Source: Candidatus Marinacidobacterales bacterium
GTDB taxonomy: Bacteria; Acidobacteriota; Vicinamibacteria; Marinacidobacterales; DATDRI01
Assembly: GCA_965226495.1 (NCBI GenBank)
Contig: OZ245365.1
Location: forward strand, 5,920,001 to 5,984,000
DNA: 64,000 nucleotides
Direction of reading: 5' to 3'
Shown: positions 57,339 to 64,000 of the stretch, piece by piece
Layout of the letters: each line of letters begins with the position of its first letter
How positions within the stretch are numbered: the stretch's first letter is position 1
The notes under the pieces: generated by a model
Database searches by the model: none
Seen by the model: the letters and a program-made list of their open reading frames with translations, nothing else
Told to the model about the DNA's origin: nothing
Program-made: the position numbers and the translations under genes

Positions 57339-58775
57339 TTGACCGTCTACGACCTGCTCGCGCGGCGGGCTAGTGACCGTGGCGACCAGCCGTTCCTGGT
57401 CGGTGAAGACCGTACCCAGTCTGCTTCGGAGATGCTCGCATGGAGCGACGAGTGGGGTGACCGCTTCCAAAGCGCTGGCGTCAAGCTTGGCGACAGGGTT
57501 CTCCTAAAGCTCCCTAACTCTCCCGAATTTCTCGCCATCTGGTTCGGCCTGGCTCGACAAAGCGCGGTGATGGTTCCGATCAACCCGGCTTCGGCGCCCG
57601 CGGAAGTTGACTGGTTGATCGAACACTCGCAAGCTCGCGCGATGGTCGACCTCGATGGGCTGAAAGATTGCCCCGACACCGGAAGCGACGTCCATCTGCC
57701 GGAGGATACCGCGGCGGTTCTTTATACATCGGGTTCCACCGGGAAACCCAAAGGCTGCATGCTTTCTCACGAATACTATGAGATTGGGGGACGGGTTGCG
57801 GCGGATGCCATGGAACTCACGCCCAAAGACCGTCTTCTCATGATGCTCCCTTTGTTTCACATGAACGCTCAAGTCACGAGCGTTTATGCGGCGCTTCTCT
57901 CGGGAGCGACCGTTGTTTGGATAGAGCGCTTCAGCCTGTCGCAGTTTTGGAGTCAGGTAGATCTGCTGAAGCCGAGCCAAACATTCTTGATCGGGGCCAT
58001 TCCGGTTCTCCTCGCCCGAGCGCAAGAAGGCAAGCGTTCCAGCAGTCTCCGCAAAGTCTTCTGCGCCGGCTTGCAGGACGACCTACGGGCTGAATGCGAG
58101 GAGCGATTCGGATTCCAGATGATCGAAGGGTACGGTCTCACCGAAGGGGGAGTGGTCACCATGGAGCGACTCGGGGAGCCCCACCTGCCCGGATCGGCGG
58201 GCCGGCGGGTCCCCGGAAAAACGGTCGAGATTCGAAGCTCCGACGGGACGCGCTGCAAGGCGGGTGAGGATGGAACCATTTGGGTTGGTGGAGAAGGGTT
58301 GATGTCCGGTTATCTCGGCAACCCGGAGGCGACGGCCGAGGCCTTTCCAGAAGAAGGTTGGCTGCGCACTAACGACGTGGGCCATATCGATGCCGAAGGG
58401 CATCTGCACTTCACGGGTCGCGGCGGCGACATCGTTCGCCGGTCGGGAGAGAACATTTCCCTGAGCGAGGTGGAGGTCGTCCTGCGATCGCACCCGGCGG
58501 TCTCCGAGGCCGCACTGCTCGCGGTGCCCGATGAGATCTATGGCGTGGAGCTCCAAGCGTATGTCGTTTTGAGTGAAGAAGCGACGGCTACCGGCAAAGC
58601 ACTGTACGACCACTGCGCGAGCGAGCTCACTCCTCACAAAGTCCCACGCTCGATTCATCTGTGTCGGGACTTGCCTCGGACCGGTATGGAGCGGGTCAGC
58701 AAGGCTCGGTTAAAAGAAACAGGACCCATCGAAGAGTACGAGACCTTCGAGCGGCCGAGCAAGCGTTCCGTTTAG
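57339..58775 (+). CDS. Acyl-CoA synthetase (CaiC-like)
   Basis: LYTSGSTGKPKG, PLFHMNAQ, GYGLTE, RRSGENIS..EVE. Confidence 0.88.
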   Translation: MTVYDLLARRASDRGDQPFLVGEDRTQSASEMLAWSDEWGDRFQSAGVKLGDRVLLKLPNSPEFLAIWFGLARQSAVMVPINPASAPAEVDWLIEHSQARAMVDLDGLKDCPDTGSDVHLPEDTAAVLYTSGSTGKPKGCMLSHEYYEIGGRVAADAMELTPKDRLLMMLPLFHMNAQVTSVYAALLSGATVVWIERFSLSQFWSQVDLLKPSQTFLIGAIPVLLARAQEGKRSSSLRKVFCAGLQDDLRAECEERFGFQMIEGYGLTEGGVVTMERLGEPHLPGSAGRRVPGKTVEIRSSDGTRCKAGEDGTIWVGGEGLMSGYLGNPEATAEAFPEEGWLRTNDVGHIDAEGHLHFTGRGGDIVRRSGENISLSEVEVVLRSHPAVSEAALLAVPDEIYGVELQAYVVLSEEATATGKALYDHCASELTPHKVPRSIHLCRDLPRTGMERVSKARLKETGPIEEYETFERPSKRSV

Positions 58776-58829
58776 CTGTGACCTTGCCCGAGAAAAGGAT
58801 AGGAAAATTTCATCCGCGTCCGAGCGCCG

Positions 58830-59035
58830 GCCGCCGCGTCTATGCCGAAGCGCTCGCGACGACAGAGTACTTGGAGGCGCGCCGCGGACAAGTCTCGTTC
58901 GTCAAGATCCTGCCGTTTCTCGCCCGGAACAAGATGATGAACGAGGCTTTGAAGGCGGTGGTCGGCCTCGACTGCCAGGAATTCCAGACCACGTGGGAAG
59001 CCGACCTCGACCGGTTCCGCCCACGCGGGCATTGA
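58830..59035 (+). pseudogene. C-terminal fragment of a peptidase MA-like protein
   Basis: YAEALATTEYL..RG..L..EALKAVVGL..EF..W pattern, with no start codon and no HEXXH region. Confidence 0.4.
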
Positions 59036-59138
59036 CCCGCAAGCGAAGATTCTTGGCGCGGTTTCAGGCCTCGAGCGCTCGCATCACGGATCGGCCACTG
59101 GCACTGGCAAATGGAAACTGATATACGCTGGGCTCGTA

Positions 59139-59879
59139 ATGTCCAAGCTATCGACCCGCCGAACACTGATCGCAGGAGTCCTTTCGCCGCTTCTTGCCGC
59201 CCTTCTAGGCGCGGGTGTCTACACAGGACTGACACAGGCGAGTGCGGATCGCGACGCCGATTTCGCCTTTCGACTCTCGATGACGACCCTGGTCATGGTC
59301 TTGCCATTCGTGCTGACACTCCTCGCCGCTCTGGGCGATCGGCGCCGTCAGGCATTCACGACGTCCGGCAAGGTCGGTCTCGCTCTGGCGATTCTCTCTC
59401 TGGCTCTCGCCTGGCTTCCCGTCCGCGGCATGCTCGCCCGCATGCGACAGGCCGAGAACCTCGCTCTGACCGGCGTTGCCGCACCCCCCTTCGATACTGT
59501 GGATATCAACGGCGACCCTCACCGTCTCGGCGAGCACGAAGGCAAAGTCGTGCTCGTGAACATTTGGGCGACCTGGTGCACCCCGTGCCGCGTGGAGATG
59601 CCTGAGCTCGAGCGGCTGTATCAGGAACGCAAGGACGAGGGGTTCATGATCTTCGGTATTTCCACCGAGGACGTGGAGACCCAGCAGAGATTTTCCAAAG
59701 AGATCAAAGTAAGCTACCCGCTTCTCACGGACCAGGGCGAGGTACCCGAAATTTACAGAACCACGGCACGTTACCCCGTGAACTTTCTCATCGATCGAGA
59801 GGGTCGACTGCAACCGGGGCCGAGCACGGACCAGCCTTTCGAGAACCTCGAGGCTGCCGTCGAAGCGCTTCTGCAGTGA
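59139..59879 (+). CDS. TlpA-family thiol-disulfide oxidoreductase with N-terminal TM domain
   Basis: Three TM helices followed by GKVVLVNIWATWCTPC.EMP.L, YP, FLIDREG. Confidence 0.88.
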   Translation: MSKLSTRRTLIAGVLSPLLAALLGAGVYTGLTQASADRDADFAFRLSMTTLVMVLPFVLTLLAALGDRRRQAFTTSGKVGLALAILSLALAWLPVRGMLARMRQAENLALTGVAAPPFDTVDINGDPHRLGEHEGKVVLVNIWATWCTPCRVEMPELERLYQERKDEGFMIFGISTEDVETQQRFSKEIKVSYPLLTDQGEVPEIYRTTARYPVNFLIDREGRLQPGPSTDQPFENLEAAVEALLQ

Positions 59880-59912
59880 GAAAGCAACTAAAAATCGTCC
59901 AGCGTTGACCGC

Positions 59913-60087
59913 ACCGGCGAGGCTCTATACGACCACTGCGCGAGCGAGCTGACTCCTCACAAGGTCCCACGCTCCACTCATCTGTGTCGGGACCTGCCGC
60001 GGACCTGTATGGAGCGGGTCAGCAAGGCTCGTTTGAAGGAGACCGGACTGATCGAGGAGGACGAGAGGTTCGAGCGCCCGGACAAGC
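59913..60087 (+). pseudogene. Diverged copy of the 3' end of the acyl-CoA synthetase gene
   Basis: Colinear with 58590-58764; 25 mismatches in 175 bp by manual count; no start codon. Confidence 0.85.
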
Positions 60088-60160
60088 CCACGACCGTGAG
60101 GGCGGGGCGATGCCCGAGGCCGGACATGCTCGAGGTCTGAGGCATCGCTTCGTGATTCGT

Positions 60161-61720
60161 CTAGCGCTGCGGCGGCCGGTCTTCAGGTGGAGGCGTGGGC
60201 TGAGGAGGCTTCGCGTAGATGTCGATAGCCTTTGCGTTCTCCTCTTCCACTGACGGTGGCGATACGCCGGCGGCGAGCATCACCGCCTCCAAAGCTGCCA
60301 CGGTCACGGCCGAGGGCTTGAAGTTGCCGAATCGGTATCCGCGGGCGATCGACAGCGGCGTCCATCCGTACTTGTTGCGCTGGTTCCAGATCTCGATCTC
60401 AGCACCGTTGGCGGCGACGAACTCCACGGCCTTTGGCAGGTTCTTGTACGCCGCGCCGTGCATGGCGGTCTCACCGTTGTCGTCGACCGCACTCACGTCG
60501 GCGCCGAGATCCAACGCCACCTGCAACGCCTCCAACACTTCTTCCTCCGTGCCGGCGTGTTCGCCGGGCGACACCGTCCCGAGTCCGGCCGCCACCATCA
60601 GCGGCGTGCTGTTCTCGACGTTTCCCAGCAACGGATCCGCCCCCAGCTCGGCCAGCGTCCTCATCAACTCGGCGTCCGCGGTCAGAGCAGCCAGCAGGAA
60701 CGGCGTCGCACCGAGCTCGTTGAACCCTGTGTTGTTCAAGCCTGGCCGCTCCGTCATCCGCGCGTTCAAGTCCGCGGCATCGGCCGCAAGCCGCCTGACG
60801 AACTCGAGACTGGTCGTGGTGCCGGACCCGTCGGGCGGCGGATTGTTGTCGCCGGCGCCTGGCTTGCGGACTCTCGCGAGCATGTGCAGGACGGTGTATC
60901 CCGGCAGGTCGGCATTCGGATCGGCGCCGGCATCCAGGAGCTCTGCCGCCAGGTTGAAATGCGCGTTCGTGACTGCCACCAGCAGCGCGCTGGAGCCAGG
61001 CCGGATCGACTGCCCTCCAGGGAGAGGCCGAATCCGCTCGGGAGACTCGATGGGTGTGGTCTCGTTCGCGTCGGCGCCCGCCCGCAGCAGGGCCCGCACA
61101 ACCCCGATCCGCCCTTCCCTGGCGGCAAACAACAGAGGTGTAAACCCGGAGTCCAGCGGCGTGCGGAAATCCGCTCCGGCCTTGATGAGCTCCTCCACCA
61201 CGTCGACGTGACCCTCCGCCGCCGCCCACATGAGGGCCGTCTGTCCACGCCGACTCTCCTTGGCGTGAACCTCGGCGCGGCCCGCTAGCAGGGCCTTCAC
61301 GGCTCCGATGCTGCCCGTGCGCGCGGCGGTCATCAACGCAGTTTCGCCTCCGGGCAGCGTGGTGTTGGGGTCGGCGCCGGCATCCAGCAAACGCTCGACC
61401 ATGGGGCCGTTGGCGTTCGTGCAGGCCAGCGACAGCGGCGTCACACCATAGCGGTTCACCGCTTTCACGTCGGCTCCGACACGCACCAGCAGTTCCACTA
61501 ATTCCAGATCGTCGTGATACGCCGCCCAGTGCAGCGCCGTCATCCCATCGACCTGAGGCGCGTTCACGTCAATCGGCTGCTGCAGCTGACTGCGAATGGT
61601 TGCCCGATCCAACTCTTCGACCGCGTCCGCCAGCGGGGCGTCGGAGTCGGCGGCGACCAGCGTTGCCGTCGAGAAGAGAGGAACCATCAGGCATCTGCCA
61701 AACGCTCGTCTAACTTTCAT
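60161..61720 (-). CDS. Secreted ankyrin repeat protein
   Basis: Signal peptide; many G.T(A/P)L..AA..G..L..GAD repeats. Confidence 0.92.
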   Translation of the reverse strand: MKVRRAFGRCLMVPLFSTATLVAADSDAPLADAVEELDRATIRSQLQQPIDVNAPQVDGMTALHWAAYHDDLELVELLVRVGADVKAVNRYGVTPLSLACTNANGPMVERLLDAGADPNTTLPGGETALMTAARTGSIGAVKALLAGRAEVHAKESRRGQTALMWAAAEGHVDVVEELIKAGADFRTPLDSGFTPLLFAAREGRIGVVRALLRAGADANETTPIESPERIRPLPGGQSIRPGSSALLVAVTNAHFNLAAELLDAGADPNADLPGYTVLHMLARVRKPGAGDNNPPPDGSGTTTSLEFVRRLAADAADLNARMTERPGLNNTGFNELGATPFLLAALTADAELMRTLAELGADPLLGNVENSTPLMVAAGLGTVSPGEHAGTEEEVLEALQVALDLGADVSAVDDNGETAMHGAAYKNLPKAVEFVAANGAEIEIWNQRNKYGWTPLSIARGYRFGNFKPSAVTVAALEAVMLAAGVSPPSVEEENAKAIDIYAKPPQPTPPPEDRPPQR

Positions 61721-61729
61721 CGCGACTCC

Positions 61730-63082
61730 TCAGCCCGTCAGAGAAACCGGTTCCAGCAGGGTGTCGATCTTGCCGGTGCTATCGGCGAACGACTCGAGAT
61801 GCACGCCCACACTGTCGAGCAACGTGAGGTGAAGATTGGCCATCGGTGTCGGTTCCGCGTACTTGATGTGACGTCCTCCCCGAGCCTTGCCGGCCCCGCC
61901 GCCGGCGACGACGATCGGCAGGTTCACGTGGTCATGCACGTTGGGGTTGCCCATCCCGCTGCCATACAGGTAGAGCGAATGGTCGAGTAGTGAGCCGTCG
62001 CCCTCCGACACGGACGCCAGCCTCTCGAGGAAGTAGGCGAACAGCGACACGTGGAACTGGTTGATCTTGGCGATCTTCGCGACCTTCTCCGGATCCTTCC
62101 CGTGATGCGAGGTGGGGTGGTGCGGATCGGGAACGCCGATCTCGGGGTAGGTTCGGTTGCTCGACTCGCGAGCGAGCTGAAACGTAATCACCCGGGTGAC
62201 GTCGGCTTGCAGAGCCAACACCTGCAAGTCGAACATCAGCTTTGCGTGGTCGGCATAGGCGGCCGGTACGCCGGCCGGACGATCCAGGTCGGGCAGCGGG
62301 TCGTCCAGCGACTTCCCTTCGGCCTTCTGAATGCGGCGCTCCAGCTCGCGGACGGAATCGAGATACTCGCCGACCTTGACGCGATCGCCTGGGCCGAGCT
62401 TCCTCTGTAGGCGAGCGATGTCTTCACGAATCCAATCGAGCAGGCTGGCCTGTCTGCCCAAGGCAGCGCGCCGGTCCTGGGCGCTGCCCCCCTCACCGAA
62501 CAGACGCTCGAACACGATCCGCGGGTGGGCCTCGGCCGGTAGCGGCGTCGTTGGTGACGACCACGAGAGGTTGTTCTGGTAGACGCATGCATAGCCGTTG
62601 TCGCACTGACCGACCATGTCCATCAAATCCATGGCCAACTCCAGAGACCGCAGCTGGGTGTTCTGACCAATCTGCTGGGCGGCTATTTGATCGACTGTCG
62701 TTCCCAGGTAGTAGTCCGTGCTTTCTGTCCACTTCGCCTTGGCCGCGCTCAGAAAGGAGGAATTGGACGTGGCATGGGTCCCGGGATAGGCGTTCTTCAA
62801 CTCCAGGTTGCTCACCACCGTGATCTGATCCCTGACCGGGGCGAGCGGGCTGAGGCTAGAGGAAAGCTCGGTCAGGCGACCGGCCTCGTCTGGCGGCGTC
62901 CACTGGGAGTGCTCACATCCCATCGGCATGTACACGAAGCCCAAGCGACGCACCGGACTGGCTGGCGTCTTGGCAAGGGCCGTCATGGAGGGAACCATCG
63001 CATCCAGCAAGGGCAGCGCCACCGTGGCGCCCAAGCCCCGCAAGAACGTGCGGCGAGGGAGTGCCTTCTTCGAGATGATCAA
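61730..63082 (-). CDS. DUF1552 domain protein
   Basis: LPRRTFLRG.GA.VALP.LDAM, T.DQIAA, P..VFERLFG, D.TRV.TF, HH..SHH; TTG start overlaps the upstream stop. Confidence 0.9.
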   Translation of the reverse strand: MIISKKALPRRTFLRGLGATVALPLLDAMVPSMTALAKTPASPVRRLGFVYMPMGCEHSQWTPPDEAGRLTELSSSLSPLAPVRDQITVVSNLELKNAYPGTHATSNSSFLSAAKAKWTESTDYYLGTTVDQIAAQQIGQNTQLRSLELAMDLMDMVGQCDNGYACVYQNNLSWSSPTTPLPAEAHPRIVFERLFGEGGSAQDRRAALGRQASLLDWIREDIARLQRKLGPGDRVKVGEYLDSVRELERRIQKAEGKSLDDPLPDLDRPAGVPAAYADHAKLMFDLQVLALQADVTRVITFQLARESSNRTYPEIGVPDPHHPTSHHGKDPEKVAKIAKINQFHVSLFAYFLERLASVSEGDGSLLDHSLYLYGSGMGNPNVHDHVNLPIVVAGGGAGKARGGRHIKYAEPTPMANLHLTLLDSVGVHLESFADSTGKIDTLLEPVSLTG

Positions 63083-64000
63083 GAGGATCTCCGCATCTGG
63101 AAAGGCATGCTGTTCACAATGCCTACGACAAGTGACGAGAAGCGATAACCCTCCACGCGCGCCTCCCGGAGAATCTTGCGGATGGCTGGTCCGTCGTAGT
63201 ACTCGACTCCCCGCCCGGTCGCGAACACAAGAAGCTTCTCGGTGACCGTGGTGACAAACAGCTCTGGACGACGGAGCAACGCCTCCTCCAGCTCGCCAAC
63301 GCCGTCGATCGGGGTGCCCTCCCACAGCTCGCCAGAGGTATCAATCGGCAGGCCTGCCTCGGCGCTTCGCCAGCGCCCGATCGCATCGTAGTTCTCGAGA
63401 GCAAAGCCGATCGGGTCCATCAGTCTGTGGCAGTGCGCACACGCCGCATCGGCCCGATGCTCCGCCAGGCGCTCCCGCATCGACAACTCTCTTCCGACGG
63501 TCTTCGTGTCTGGCAGATCCGAGACGCCCGGCGGCGGCGGCGGTGGTGGCACCCCGAGAATATTGTCGAGGATCCAGTTGCCGCGGATTACGGGAGAGGT
63601 CCGGGTGGCATAGGACGTCACCGCCAGAATGCTCCCGTGGCGTAGCAGCCCTCCCCGCGTGCGGTCCTCGTCGAACGTGATGCGACGGAAACGGCTGCCG
63701 TACACGTGCGGGATGCCGTAGTGTTTGGCGAGGCGCTCGTTGACGAACGTGTACTTCGCACGCAGCAGGTCGAGCACGCTCCGGTCCTCACGGAGAATGC
63801 TCTCGACAAAGAGCTCCGTTTCCCGCCGAAACGCTTGCCGCAGATTGTCATCGAAGTCCGGGAAGATTCGCTTGTCGGGCGTTAACGATTCTAGATTGCG
63901 CAGGTGGAGCCACTGCGAGGCAAAGTTGCTCACCAGGTTGAGCGCCCGGGGGTCCGCCAGCATTCGCCGTGCCTGTTGCTCCAACTCCGCAGGGTTCGCG
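63079..64000 (-). CDS. DUF1592/DUF1588/DUF1585 c-type cytochrome-like protein (5' part outside the window)
   Basis: NFASQWLHLR, RTSPVIRG.W, PPPPP, CAHCH..MDPIGFALENYD.IGRWR. Confidence 0.9.
   Translation of the reverse strand, partial: ANPAELEQQARRMLADPRALNLVSNFASQWLHLRNLESLTPDKRIFPDFDDNLRQAFRRETELFVESILREDRSVLDLLRAKYTFVNERLAKHYGIPHVYGSRFRRITFDEDRTRGGLLRHGSILAVTSYATRTSPVIRGNWILDNILGVPPPPPPPGVSDLPDTKTVGRELSMRERLAEHRADAACAHCHRLMDPIGFALENYDAIGRWRSAEAGLPIDTSGELWEGTPIDGVGELEEALLRRPELFVTTVTEKLLVFATGRGVEYYDGPAIRKILREARVEGYRFSSLVVGIVNSMPFQMRRSS

Noticed and set aside
58590-60087. Diversity-generating retroelement TR/VR pair
   Set aside because: Mismatches are not confined to adenines in either copy and are mostly synonymous; no reverse transcriptase is present in the window.
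1-64000. tRNA, rRNA, transposase, integrase or prophage genes
   Set aside because: No cloverleaf, rRNA-like tract or mobile-element protein motif recognised by eye; tRNAscan-SE and Infernal would confirm.

Overview
A 64-kb bacterial chromosomal segment, about 60% GC by eye. The gene content (Acidobacterial VWFA-related protein, ADOP permease remnant, DUF1592-DUF1552-ankyrin triad, GC-rich REP-like repeats) suggests Acidobacteriota, possibly Vicinamibacteria; this is an inference. I found no rRNA, tRNA, CRISPR array, transposase, integrase or prophage. Housekeeping blocks: thrC-thrB; wzm-wzt-rfaE2-mfd-PPIase-PPIase-S4-dusB; moaA; panE; trxA. Best candidate for an undescribed system: an FHA-GAF-sigma54 activator (18141-20063) facing a lipid/envelope module. 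That module has two paralogous uncharacterised secreted proteins, a CDP-alcohol phosphatidyltransferase, GtrA and a LolA-like protein, plus an exact sigma54 promoter with a perfect 16-bp upstream palindrome. It is flanked by an ACP-FAAL-PlsC fusion and a 2219-aa TamB-TamA fusion. Also present: a rearranged bufferin-type RiPP cluster (DUF692-DUF2063-six-Cys precursor-YceI), a thiolase-like/DUF35/aminotransferase/CoA-ligase cluster, a structured sigma54 leader before moaA, an unexplained array of ~45-bp units, several REP/MITE families including a nested one, and many broken genes and rearrangement scars. All family calls come from motif recognition by eye; no searches were run.
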